DNA from: Callorhinchus milii
Lineage: Eukaryota
NCBI RefSeq assembly: GCF_018977255.1
Contig: NW_024704742.1
Coordinates: 97,342,001 to 97,406,000 of the forward strand
Length of the DNA stretch: 64,000 nucleotides
Direction: 5' to 3'
Shown here: one piece after another, positions 38,101 to 48,447 of the stretch
Layout of the letters: every line of letters begins with the position of its first letter
How positions within the stretch are numbered: the first letter of the stretch is position 1
Notes under the pieces: model-generated
Database searches by the model: none
Told to the model about the DNA's origin: nothing
What the model saw: the letters and a program-made list of their open reading frames with translations, nothing else
Program-made: the position numbers and the translations under genes

Positions 38101-41100
38101 AAAGGTGCAAGCCAGTAATCGGGAATAACAGATGCAAGTAGCTGGCCTTCTTTTGTATTGCCTGTAGTGCTATTGAACATCCACCAGTCCTTCTCCTTAA
38201 ACTAGATCACCTGCATAACCACCAGAAAAACTTCATGAGACATATCAACATCAACTACAACTTGCATTTATATTGTGGTAATGTCTCTGGACATTTAATA
38301 TCGAAGTGGATTACATAAAGGAGTATATAATTTTAACCACCTGTACTATTATTGGTACACAATTTAATAAAATGATTTTTATTAACAATATTGTTAATGA
38401 AGAGTCGAGTAAATAAAGCAATATATGCATATTGTATGGAATATGAAATTGAAAGTTCCAAGATTCCAAGGCTTATACACTATGTCTAAGTGAAAAGTGG
38501 CTGATTACATAGTTTAATGGAAATAGTGAGATCCTGGCACAGTGTCTCTGTGGCTAAATGCTGGTCTCCTCCTACTGGTAGCTGTTCATACTATTTTTCC
38601 CTTAATACAGATGCTCCTCAGCAATGTGGATGGATCTGGCCAGCGCTACATTATTTGAAATGCAGCAGAACGTGGTCACTATTTGATACCTAACTGGGGC
38701 ATGTTTTATGTTCTGAACATCTTGCACCCGAAATTTCCTATTTTTTCAAGCTTAAGATCATTGTCCTAAACTTTAAGACTGTCAGGAATTTTCAAAGATC
38801 ATTAAATTGTTCTAAATTATTTTTGAGTAGTAAGGAAAATTTGCTTCCAGTTTAGACTGCTTTCCAAAATTCCCTGTGGTCTTATTTTTAAAACAATGGC
38901 CTTAAGCCTAAGAACTTTGAGAAATTTGAGCTTATGAATCATTATTTAAGAACTTTGCAAGAAGTTTTCTATGATAATTTTGATTCACGTGGGCTAGTTT
39001 AGTTAGTTTTGTCCTTGGTTCAGTGTTTCTGTGGGTGTGTTATAAGCAATAATAGAGATCATATTCCCAAGTAGCCCGAAATGCTTTAGATTTGTAAAGC
39101 TGTGGTGGCCTCAGTATGAATGGTTTCTTCTTGGGTGCTGTGAATAAAGTGCCCCATTTTCTCTTCATGATTGCAGACCAATTGAAAGTTAATAATGGAT
39201 TGTAACTTTGTGGTTTGAGGTATGTCATTGATTTGTAACCTTATGCTTTGATGTTCGCCAGTAAATACATGTCTGTATTTGATAATTTCCTGCAGTTTTC
39301 GAGGGCCTGGTATTTGTTAATATCTGCTTTTGTCTCTGCTGCTGCTGCTAGTCACTGCCTATGTAGATGTAATGGTGTTCTTTTCAACCGAGACATGCAG
39401 ATGCTCCCCATTGGCAGTGGGGAAAGCCACATTGTTGGAGGTGCTGTGCTTTGAACGAGATGTTAAACCTATTGAGGTCCTAAACAATTGGTCATACACT
39501 TCATAGCTGTTTGATTGTTATTATGTGCAACTTATCTATCACAATTGCCTATGAATACACAGTTATTAGACTTTATGGAATCCTCCAGCAAAGCGGTTTG
39601 AGACATTTTGACATGAGAAGACGACATTAATTGCAAGGGTTTATTTATTATTGTTGGAATCAATTAAGGTTATGTTGCCATAATGCTTAATAATTGGTCT
39701 CTAAATGTAAGAATGCAAACACTGGACAAAGTGTCATCAGTTGACCTTGCAATCCTTCTTTCCTAGATGAGTGGAGATGATCTTCCCAGAGTTCATGCCA
39801 TACTTGGAAACAAAGTGTGTGGTCTGGACTCCACGGTTTCAGCCTTAGCCTATGCCTACTTCCTTTATAAGGTACTTCTATGCTACAAATCAAAAGAAAT
39901 GTAACATTGAAATGTAACATTGTATGCAGATTTTCCATGTTAAAAAGCTCTTATCAAAATTGTATGCATGCATAATAATGTGCTATTTTAACATACTACA
40001 AACAGATGCAAAGACTGTGTATTGAATGATGATGTGGTGCTAGATGAATATGCGTATTGCAGCTAAAGTATCAGATGTTGCTAGCTAGTGACAATCATCC
40101 ACTCCAATTTAGTCGTAGAGGTCATTCTATCATTGGGAGGGTTTCAAGTGGATGTTAACTGGGAGGGAAAAGCATCCTAGGTCATGCTTTTATCTTTGCT
40201 GGCCTCCATCTCAAGAACAGAATGGTTATTGAAGGGAAAAAACTAACTCTTAACACATGGGCACCTTTTGTACCTAATCTTTCCACATAAAGTTGTCTAC
40301 TGCAAAAATGGTACCATGCAAGGATTTAGCTAATATGCTGACCTTTCTAATCAATTGTTCTAAGATCAATTCTGTGTAGATCAATTCTACCTCAGACTGA
40401 CAGAGACGAAAGCTCTCTCTCTGCCACCCTTCCATATTTCCAGAGTATTTATCAATATCTGTTTTAAACATTTCAATTGATTCTGCTTTCTGTGACAATG
40501 CATCACATCACCTCTATGATCATGCAGTGTATATGCAGCTAAATTCAATTTTGGAAGTAAGTTTAAAATATGTTAATCTCTGTGATGCTTTGTTTTAATT
40601 TTATGTTTTGAAAAATACATTTAGAATTTCTAACCAAAAGAGCTACCATTTTAGCATTTAACTAGCAGTTGTAGTATCAGACTTTTAAATATTTATTTGC
40701 AACTAAAAGAAAATATTTTTGTTTTATAGACACATCCAAATAATGACCTGTATGTACCAGTTCTGAACATAGATCGATCAGAATTCCCTCTCCGGACTGA
40801 AGTTGTGTTTGTCATGCAGCAGCTGAATATCACAGACTCTTGTTTAATCTTCAGAGATGAAATAGATCTCCATCTGCTGAACAGGGAAGGGAGGCTGAGT
40901 GTTACACTGGTTGACCACAATATGCTGGCCAGGTATTTAGTTGCATATTTTAACTCCAAAGTACTGTAACGGGATATATCGTGGAATGAAGTTATGTATA
41001 CAGCAAAATTATAACCTGTGACATTCTGAAACTTCTTTTGAATCAAGTATATGTAACTGACCTACCGTTCCATGTGTTTTCATAGATTCTTGTTCACCAA

Positions 41101-44100
41101 ACAAAATTCTGCCCATAATCTTTCTTGGATCTTCTAATATTGACTAAAAATGAATGCTTCATATCTGTGTCTACAAGTGGAGTTACAAGTATTACAGGCA
41201 TTTACAGTCCAATGTTGAAGTACCCCATAATCTGTATTGTATGAATAATGGTTCTCTTTAATATTTAACTACTCTGCATTTTATGCCTTATGATACAGCT
41301 ATAAATCAGATCAACAAGAGTTAATTCTATGATTTGGGGAAATATAGATAATTGACCTGAACTGCAGACTTCTGAGGGATGTTATTTATTGTTGATTGAT
41401 TTATAACCATGATATTTAAATATTGCATTCGGAGACTACCTCTTATATTGAAACACTTTGAATAAGGTCCACTGTTTGGATTCATGCCTGCATTTTGGTT
41501 TCATAGGATCCACACTTTAAGGGTCACTGTTGATATCTGAATTCAACTGCAAACCTCTGCGTAAAAGATGACCTATTACTATTGGAACATTGGAATCTGT
41601 GGAACCCTGAATTCAATCTTGACCATCTCTCGATGATTTCTGTCAATCATTTGAGCTTTTTTCTGGCTCCCAACCAGGCTGTTGGTTACGTTAGTTTGGA
41701 GGAGAGATTTGATGTGTCACATGAATGTGGATAGAAAGAAAAACAAAGAAACTTGAGTTGGAACTAAATATTTAATGAACTTTACGTTTTGAAGTGTTTT
41801 TCTAGTGTGGTTGCTATTGGTATCCGCCCGATCACTGTTTGGAGGAAACATATTTGTTTTTGTCCTTGTTATCTTGGTTTATATTGTCTTCTCATCCAAA
41901 TTAACCTTAGTTGCAAATTAATTGGCTGAACTCATAGGACATTGCTGGTGCATTAGTTGTCATGTTTGCCTGTGTAACAACATTCACTTCTTTTCTAATC
42001 AATTTTATTTTGGTTCTGACGAAAGGTCATTGACCTGAAACTTTAACTCGCTTTCCTATTATTTAAAGTACTTAAGATGATAAAGTGATTTGATAGGGTA
42101 GATACAGAGAAGCTATTTCCTCTGGTGGGAGAATCTGAAACAAGGGGGCAGTTTTAAAATTGGAACCAGGCCATTTAAGAGTGAAATCAGGAATCATTTT
42201 TTCGCTCATAGGATGGTAGAAATCTTAATCACAAAAGGCTTTGGATGCTGGATCCAAGATTGATTTTTGGTTGATCAGGGTATTAAGGGATATGGGGAGA
42301 AAGTGGGAAATTGGAATTGAAGGGATTAGTTGAGGTACAGATCAGCCATGATCTAATTAAATGGCAGAACAGGCTCAAAGCGCTGAATGGCCTCTCCTGT
42401 TCCTATGTTCCTCTCTCCATAGATACAATGCAAAATTGTATTTGTATAGCACCTTTCACGTCGGTAGGACAACCCAAAGTGCTGGATAGTCAAGAATTTG
42501 GACCCGAGCTGGGGGTCGGGAATTGGGAAGGGAGGAAGGCAGGGAAGGTAGGAGGGTAGCTGAAGGCTCGGTCGAAGAGGAGGGTTTTGAGATGCATCTT
42601 GAAGGAAACAAGGGAGGGAGCGAGGCAAAGGGAATGTCGGATGGCGTTCCAAAGGTTGGGGGCAGAAAGGCTGAAAGCTCGACCATTGATGGTGGAGTGG
42701 GCCAGGCAGGGGATGTGGAGCAGTGGTCCTAGAGTTAAGGTTGGCGACAGAGAGGTATAGTTGGGTGTCACCTGCAATACATGTGGAAATTGACCCCATG
42801 TCTATGGATGATGTCACCAAGAAGGAGCATATAGATATTGAAGAGGATGGGACCAAGGACAGAGCCTTGAGGAACTTGTTCCAGAACCTTGGAAAGGAAA
42901 GGGAGGTTGGAAATAGGGCAGTAATTTGAGAGCAGGGAGGGATTTTTAAGGAGGGATTTTTAAGGGTAGGAGTGATGACTGCTGTTTTTAGAGGGGTGGG
43001 ATCTGTGCCAGTGGACAAATATACCACCTGACCTGCTGTGTGTTTTCAGCCACTTCTGTTTTTATTTGTAATTTTATTTTGGTTTTGCTCTTTGAGATCT
43101 TTTATTTTATATAAATGCAGGAACCTGTATTATCATCACTATTATTGTAAGAACAATGGATATGAAGTTGCAGTTATGCCTTCTGTTGTCTTTTAGTCCT
43201 GACAATGAACTTGAAACAGCCGTTATCAAAATAATTGACCACAATGAGCAAGATCGACTGCAATCTGTACATTGTGAAGTGGTCCAGGAGCCAGTAGGAT
43301 CATGTGTCACGCTGATAGTTTCAGAGATTCTTCAACATGCACCAGAGTTGCTTAACAAACAGCTTGCACATCTATTCAGAGGTAAGAGCTTTCATCTTGC
43401 ATTAAAGAATGGAATCAGAGACATTTTTTTTCCCACAGCAAGAGCTGTGAGAATGTCAAATGCACTGTTCCAGAACACCACAGATACAAAATTGATAACG
43501 ATGTTTTAAAGGGAGGGAGATAGATATTTGGCAAGGAAGGGTATTAAGGAATATGTGAAAAAGATGGAAAATGGGGTTAAAAGTTCAGCTATGATCTAAT
43601 AATACAGCACAATGAGTTTGACTGGCCGATCTGTATATTCCTGTTCCAATAGATTAAGGTTGTGCAGAAAGTTATCATTTATACTTCAGGCACATTTATT
43701 AGCCCTACAAAATCACAGAGTTCTCTCATACAGAGCACTGTCATGATATGATCCTAGAATCATAGTCTTACAGTGCAGAAACAGTCCATTCAGCCCATCA
43801 GGTTTTTTCCCCCATATGAACACCCACTCCCCTGTTTGCTCCCCACAACTTTTAATATTTCCCTTTTCACACACCATCTTTTTTTCTTGTCTTTTAAAAT
43901 AAGTTATGGACCCTGATTTAGCAATGGTTTGTATTCAAATCAACTTGGATGCAAGGATGCAGGGCAGCATTGGAATAAACAGATAATTCATCTTATAACA
44001 CATTAATTTGATCAAGCGTTGAGATAGTCTCATAGTCTAGCAGAAAACAATCAGATGATGTTTAGCTGTTATCTGTACAACATACGTTCCTCCCTTTCCT

Positions 44101-47100
44101 GTAAAATTCTCCCAAGTATCAGTTTATTTTTTAAAATAATGTTTTTATTCGGTTTGGAACGCATTGTTATGCTGACAGTAGATGTCATTGGGATTACAAC
44201 TGTCACAATGCTTCCTTCAGTTGATGTGCATTTGATAAGCGGCAATCCTAGCATTGAAAAATGTAATGATTGTCATGTCATTCTGTCACATTTCATCAAG
44301 AAACAATTCATAGTTGATGGCTCAAAAATTTAAGGACCTATATTTCTTGTTCACAAAGAGTTCATCAAAATACATTTTTGAAAAAAACCTTCCTTAAATT
44401 AGCTTAAAAACATTATGACATGTATTTTGTTAGGAACAATACTCCTAGATAGTGTGAATATGACTCCGGAAACTGGAAAAGTGACTTCAAAAGATGAAGA
44501 AATTGTAGCTGCTCTGGAAGAGAGATTTCCTGATCTCCCGCCACAGAAAGAGGTTTTTGATGCTCTGCAACAAGCAAAATTTGATGTCACTGGTACTTAA
44601 TTTACTCTTATTTTTGTGCGTGAGAGCTGATTACATAAATAGTAGAATGCTGATTAACTGGGCACTGAATTGTCTCTATCTGCATCAAAATTGGATGCAG
44701 AAGTGAAGTAGGGCTGTGATGTTTTAGAACTTAGAAGATAAGAGCATAAGAATTAGGAGCAGGAGTAGGTCATTCAGCCCCTCGAGCCTGCCCCGCCATT
44801 CAATAAGATCATGGCTGATCTATTCTAACTCCACCTACCCACCTTATCCCCATATCCCTTAATCCCTTTATCCACAAGAAATCTATCAATCTCAGTCTTG
44901 AATATGTTCAAGGACTGAGCATCTACAGCCCTTTGGGGTAGAGAATTCCATAAATTCACTATCCTCTGAGTGAAGATGTTTTTTCTCAACTCAGTGTGAA
45001 AGGGCTTACCCCTAATTTTAAGACTGTGAACCCTGGTTATAGTTTCTCCAACCAGGGGAAAACGTCTCCCACTATCTATTCTGTCATGCCCCTTAATAAT
45101 CTTATAGGTTTCTATTCTAAATTCTAGAGAATATAGGCCTAAATTGCTCAACCTATCCTCATAACTCATCCGCCTCATCCCAGGTACAACCTAGTGAATC
45201 TACGTTGTACCCCCTCCAAGGCGAGTACATCCTTTCTTAAATAAGGAGACCAAAACTGCACACAATACTCTAGGTGCTGTCTCACCAGGGCCCTACACAG
45301 TTGCAGCAAGACTTACCTACTCTTATATTCTAACCCTTTTGTAACAAATGCCAACATACCATTAGCCTTCCTAATTGCTTGCTGTACCTGCAAACTAGCT
45401 TTTTGTGACTAGTGTACAAGGATACCCAAGTCCCTCTGAACGCTAACACTATCTAGTCTCTCCCCTTCTAAAAAATAATCTGCTCTACTGTACTGAATCC
45501 TAGGTGGATGACTTCACATTTCTCTACATTATACTTCATCTTTCACCTATTTGCCCACTCACCTAGCCTATCCATATCCTATTGCATTTTTTTAATGTCA
45601 TCCTCGGTGTTTACTCTCCCTCCTAGTTTAGTGTCATCCGCGAATTTGGATATATTAAGTTCGATGTCCTCATCTAGATCGTTGATGTAGATTGTGAATA
45701 GTTGAGGCCCAAGGACTGATCCTTGTGGCACTCCACTAGTCACATCCCGCAAATCTGAGAAGGACCCGTTTATCGCTACTCTTTGTTTTCTTCCTGTTAG
45801 CCATTCTTCAATCCATGCTAATATATTCTCCTTAATTCCATGGCCCCTAATCTTGTGGATTAACCTTTTATGTAGCACCTTATCGAATGCCTTTTGGAAA
45901 TCTGAATACACTACATCCACTGATGCCCAGCTATCTAATCTACTTGATATGTCCTCAAAAAAATCTAAAAGATTTGTTAAGCATGACGTCACACCACTGT
46001 AGCTCAGCGGTTAGAGCACTCGCTTTGCAAGTGAGAGACCTGAGTTCAATTCCAGGCAGGGCGAAACCTTGGGCAAGTTTCCTTACTCCACACGCCTAAT
46101 AATAATCCCTCCAAAACCAAACAATAATAAATTGGTCATTTTCAATCTACGACTGTTTGTGGGACATTGCTGTGCGCAATTGGCTGCCGCGTTCGCCCAC
46201 AAATATACAGTCAATTCACTTTACAGTATGTTCTGTGAAGCGCTTTGGGATGTCCTCCTGACATGAAAAGCGCTATATCAAATGCAAGGATTATTATTAT
46301 TATTATGACTTCCCTTTTGTAAAGCCATGTTGACTCTGTCTAATCATATTGTGATCCTCTAAGTATCCCACTACGACATCCTTAATCAAGGCTTCTAGAA
46401 TTTTCCCTACCACCGATGTCAGACTAACTGGTCTATAGTTCCCCATCTTTTCTCTCCCACCCTTCTGAAACAGTGGAGTGACGTTTGCGAACTTCCAATC
46501 AGTGGGAACCGTTCCAGAATCCAAAGAATTTTGGAAGATTAGACACAAGGCCTCCACTATCTCATGAGCTACCTCTTTTAAAACCCTAGGATGCAAACTG
46601 TCAGGTCCAGGGAATTTGTCACTTTTTAATGCCAACAATTTCCCTAGCACCAATTCTTTGCTAATGTAAATTTCCCTAAGTTGCTCCCTATCTTGGCTTA
46701 TCTCTATCTTGGCTTATCCCCTTGGCTTATCTCTATTTCTGGTAAACTTCTTGTGTCTTCTAACGTGAAGACAGAAGCAAAGTATTTATTTAGGGACTCT
46801 GCCATATCTTTATCCCTCATTATAATTCCTCCTGTCTCTGCCTGTAATGGACCCACATTTACTTTTGCTCGCCTATTTCTCTTAATGTATTTATAAAAAC
46901 TCTTACAATCTGTCTTAATGTTCCTGGCTAGTTTGCCCTCATAATCCATTTTCTCACTCTTAATGAGCTTTTTGGTTTTCCTTTATTGGTCCCTAAAACA
47001 CTCCCAGTCCTCAGGTTTGCTACTTTTTTTGGCAGTTTTATAGGCCTTTTTTTTAGTTTTATACTTTCTCTAACTGCTCTAGTTAGCCACAGATGAACTG

Positions 47101-47831
47101 CTTTCCCTGTGGTACTCTTATTCCTCAAGGGACTATGTGACCGCTGAGAATTATGCACTACATCTTTAAACGTTTGCCATTGTTGGTCTATTGTCATATC
47201 CATTAATCTAATTCCCCAGTCTATTTTAGCTAATTCTTCCCTCATACCCACAAAGTTAGCTTTATTTAAATTTAAGACTTTGGGGTTTGGGGGAAAAATA
47301 GTTGCATTCATGCACATACGGATAATTATTTTCAAGCATACTTAAAGAGAGACAGATACAATAACAGAGATGGTGAGGGGTCAAAAGTACACTTTTCATA
47401 CTCACATTGGGGTTATTCACAATCAGTACTAGCTATCTGGCTGGGTACATTGTATTCCTGTAATTTACATTGCTTTCTGCATCCAAAGAGACTTTGCTTA
47501 CTGAAGCTCAATGGCCTGTGTGTTTTCACGGTGTAGTAGATTGCTAAGTAACCAATAGTTTCAGTAATCTGGATAAAGAATTTTGTACAGATTGGTTTGT
47601 GTGATTGTGCATGTTTTAATAACATTAAAACTATTTAATAACTTTTTAATAACATTGAAATACTATCCAAGTCAGAAAGAAACAATCACCCCTACATATT
47701 TTGGGGGAAATATTAAAAGTTTTGTTTCTATTGTAGGTTTAAGTACTGAACAGATTTTGCTGAAGGATTTTAAAGAGCTGTCAGAAGGAGAAACAAAGCT
47801 CGCAATTAGCACTGTATACACGACCCTGGAG
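6761..47831 (+). CDS. PRUNE2: PRUNE2 ortholog, 5' part: join(6761..6796,39767..39871,40730..40932,43197..43381,44434..44592,47737..47831); 261 aa, 3'-incomplete
   Basis: Six GT-AG bounded exons (36,105,203,185,159,95 nt; intron phases 0,0,2,1,1,0) splice into one open frame: [66 protein letters not shown]...[29 protein letters not shown]...GSCVTL...[13 protein letters not shown]...[38 protein letters not shown]. The N-terminus and exon 6 resemble PRUNE2 (recalled human MEEFLQRAKSKL; LKDLKELSDGEIKVAISTV) more than PRUNE1. An in-frame TAA at 6749-6751 lies just upstream of the ATG. Confidence 0.9.
7840..9020 (+). mobile_element. Two head-to-tail degraded L2 3' fragments (~7840-8550 and ~8553-9020)
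   Basis: [22 protein letters not shown] motif; each fragment ends in an L2-type tail (tgaaatgcact.. / tgaaaggagct..ttgttatt). Confidence 0.8.
9285..9470 (-). mobile_element. Old tRNA-type SINE fragment (family unassigned); related pieces at ~15770-15910, ~30320-30420, ~34450-34520, ~50660-50740
   Basis: Shared ctgatttt..cctc..ctgaggccaattg / gatcagctaactc..accgg motifs; ggttcaaacc B-box-like motif. Confidence 0.45.
12885..13030 (-). mobile_element. L2 3' tail fragment
   Basis: Reverse complement of the L2 tail (gcgcccttcatgtcagaaagatgtcccaagg...ggacccgagctg). Confidence 0.7.
13560..14350 (-). mobile_element. 3' fragment of a non-CR1/L2 non-LTR retrotransposon (clade unassigned)
   Basis: Minus-strand remnant HLLLKLR...[21 protein letters not shown] (degenerate CCHC knuckle, ~13948-14010); its terminal motif catggtaat..ggtttcc.catgtgtc.gacacctggctgac recurs at ~2509-2550 and ~33728-33765. 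Confidence 0.6.
15956..16205 (+). mobile_element. tRNA-derived Deu/L2-tailed SINE, 5'-truncated
   Basis: Matches the body and tail of the copies at 20311, 35737 and 45997. Confidence 0.88.
17520..17625. repeat. Imperfect (GT)n microsatellite
   Basis: tgtgtgtg runs interspersed with gggtgagt. Confidence 0.85.
17640..18085 (+). mobile_element. Degraded L2 3' fragment
   Basis: ctccgctggctccc..gatcgatttt; ccttcaagtcccaccttaaaacctacctcttc; tail ..tgaaggccactatataaatgcaagttg. Confidence 0.65.
19034..19508 (+). mobile_element. Long-form tRNA SINE carrying an internal ~130-bp insertion
   Basis: Head gagtcctgtagcg...; extra ctgtttacctagcaataagtaagatcctgg segment; insertion 19192-19325; Deu/L2 tail with (att)n. 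Confidence 0.85.
20311..20620 (+). mobile_element. Full-length short-form tRNA(Ala-like) SINE
   Basis: A box tagctcagtgat, B box ggttcaattcc; flanking aaacatt repeat (20299-20305 / 20621-20627) as likely TSD. Confidence 0.92.
21848..22318 (+). mobile_element. Old DeuSINE (SacSINE1/AmnSINE1-like); related copies ~32940-33225(+), ~39410-39650(+), ~55790-55960(-), ~62005-62390(-), ~18540-18720(+)
   Basis: ctcgcctc..gagtc.gaaggttgt..ttcaagtcccac head; caggt..atgta.a..aagat; cctggccaaca; Deu domain and L2-like tail. Family named from recall. Confidence 0.65.
22078..22151. mobile_element. 74-bp hAT-type non-autonomous element nested in the old SINE
   Basis: TIRs cagggatggccaac / gttagccaaccccg (11/14 match); perfect 8-bp TSD ATTTACTT at 22070-22077 and 22152-22159. 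Confidence 0.8.
24969..26496 (-). mobile_element. CR1 LINE 3' fragment (RT C-terminal half) interrupted by a SINE
   Basis: [35 protein letters not shown]...[15 protein letters not shown]1 3' UTR at 24969-25100. Confidence 0.93.
25784..26119 (-). mobile_element. Long-form tRNA SINE (5'-truncated) nested in CR1
   Basis: Reverse complement of the SINE tail and body, including the acagctaggtaaacagagg segment. Confidence 0.88.
26545..26680 (-). mobile_element. CR1 (HER1/HE1-type) 3' end fragment
   Basis: cagaaacatagatacaggagtagg..cagcccctcgagcctg..aagatcatggctgatc, same end as 44724-44860. Confidence 0.8.
27985..28455 (+). mobile_element. L2 3' fragment
   Basis: [26 protein letters not shown]; tail ending (ttg)n. 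Confidence 0.85.
31528..31609. repeat. Near-perfect ~80-nt hairpin
   Basis: tttatccaacagatccatctctaaccct / agggttagaggtggatctgttagataaa (one G-U, one mismatch) plus inner ccaaa/tttgg. Confidence 0.9.
32022..32790. mobile_element. Two ~200-230 bp fold-back (palindromic) MITE-like elements (32022-32232; 32562-32790); relatives ~10990-11155, ~34570-34880, ~38726-38932
   Basis: Ends (g)cc(t/c)gaaattt ... aaattt/gtttcgg; shared core gaaa(a)ttctta(a)a(t)tcggtcttaatt / aataagact.aatt.aagaat. Confidence 0.65.
35389..36460 (-). mobile_element. CR1 LINE 3' fragment interrupted by a SINE
   Basis: [74 protein letters not shown]; tail atagaatcatagaattgtacagcacagaagg. Confidence 0.92.
35737..36060 (+). 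mobile_element. Full-length short-form tRNA(Ala-like) SINE nested in CR1
   Basis: gagtcctgtagctcagtggttagagcactcgctttgcaagtgagagacctgagttcaatccc; TSD TATTG at 35730-35734 / 36060-36064. Confidence 0.93.
39767..39871 (+). CDS. PRUNE2: PRUNE2 exon 2 (DHH motif I region, GNKVCGLDS)
   Basis: Acceptor ccttctttcctag|ATG; donor AAG|gtactt; 105 nt; [35 protein letters not shown]. Confidence 0.92.
40730..40932 (+). CDS. PRUNE2: PRUNE2 exon 3 (contains DHN at the DHH signature)
   Basis: Acceptor ttttgttttatag|ACA; donor AG|gtattt; 203 nt; ...[16 protein letters not shown]...[28 protein letters not shown]. Confidence 0.93.
42065..42412 (+). mobile_element. CR1 3' end fragment in intron 3
   Basis: tttgatagggtagatacagagaagctatttcctctggtgggagaatc...cagccatgatctaatt..ctcctgttcctatgttcc. 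Confidence 0.8.
42428..43010 (-). mobile_element. L2 fragment with internal deletions, tail-to-tail with the CR1
   Basis: Minus-strand [34 protein letters not shown]2 tail reverse complement at 42428-42520. Confidence 0.82.
43197..43381 (+). CDS. PRUNE2: PRUNE2 exon 4
   Basis: Acceptor ttgtcttttag|T; donor G|gtaaga; 185 nt; [18 protein letters not shown]...[31 protein letters not shown]. Confidence 0.93.
43435..43900. mobile_element. Two short degraded CR1 3' ends (+ ~43435-43630; - ~43750-43900) in intron 4
   Basis: Similar to the CR1 3' UTRs at 42300-42410 and 35389-35500. Confidence 0.55.
44434..44592 (+). CDS. PRUNE2: PRUNE2 exon 5
   Basis: Acceptor tattttgttag|GA; donor G|gtactt; 159 nt; [53 protein letters not shown]. 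Confidence 0.93.
44724..47281 (-). mobile_element. CR1 (HER1-like) LINE, ~2.2 kb of ORF2 plus 3' UTR, frameshifted, occupying most of intron 5
   Basis: RT motifs [74 protein letters not shown]. Confidence 0.95.
45997..46304 (+). mobile_element. Short-form tRNA SINE nested in the CR1 RT region
   Basis: Near-identical to the 35737 copy; TSD ATGAC at 45983-45987 / 46305-46309, with 9 extra 5' bases (gtcacacca). Confidence 0.93.
47737..47831 (+). CDS. PRUNE2: PRUNE2 exon 6 (start of DHHA2 domain)
   Basis: Acceptor tttctattgtag|GT; donor GAG|gtaagt; 95 nt; [32 protein letters not shown]. Confidence 0.92.
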
Positions 47832-48447
47832 GTAAGTGAATCACTGGCAAAACTTAACTGCAATTCAACAATAGCAAAGCATAGGGTGGCCTATTCCATC
47901 ACGTCAATATTTACTTTGAATATTGCTTGCAACACTCACAGCACTGTTTGAGTGATGTTACCACCACTTTACAGACATAAATCTATAATTGTAGGCTGAT
48001 TTGCATAATACATATTAATAACTTCTTTTAATGAACAGTGATTTATCATAATGTTTTAGAACATCAGAAATGAAATATTACATCCTTCATTGCGAGATGT
48101 GGTGTCACCCTGAGATGGCTCAGTAGGGATTCCTCAGTGTGGAATCTGAGCAGGATGCCTTTCATTTCTATGGATGTGTTAACTGCCTACCTGTCAGAAA
48201 CCAATGGCAAGTACAAAAATGGATATCATCTGTACGAGAAACAACTATGAATGCTTGCGTGTTTTCCTTTTGCTGATTTTCAAGGTGAGTATCTCAGGAA
48301 GTCATGCTACAGACTAAAGATGTAGCGTACCTATCCTATAGCAGTTTTCCCTGGGAATCACAGCTCTCAAGTAACTCCTATGATGGTTTGGCACTGTCCG
48401 CTGCTGTGTCCTGTAGATTCACTCCCTATTAACTGGGATACCCCACT

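Noticed and set aside
26112..45996. Shared acgtcaca word at the 5' junctions of two SINE insertions
   Set aside because: Only 8 nt in two cases; chance cannot be excluded.
44724..47281. Active reverse transcriptase gene
   Set aside because: 5'-truncated, frameshifted and interrupted by a SINE; a dead CR1 copy.
6761..47831. Assignment as PRUNE1
   Set aside because: Catalytic motifs are PRUNE1-like, but the N-terminus, exon 1/2 lengths, exon 6 sequence and long introns 1 and 6 fit PRUNE2 better. Not fully excluded without phylogeny or synteny.
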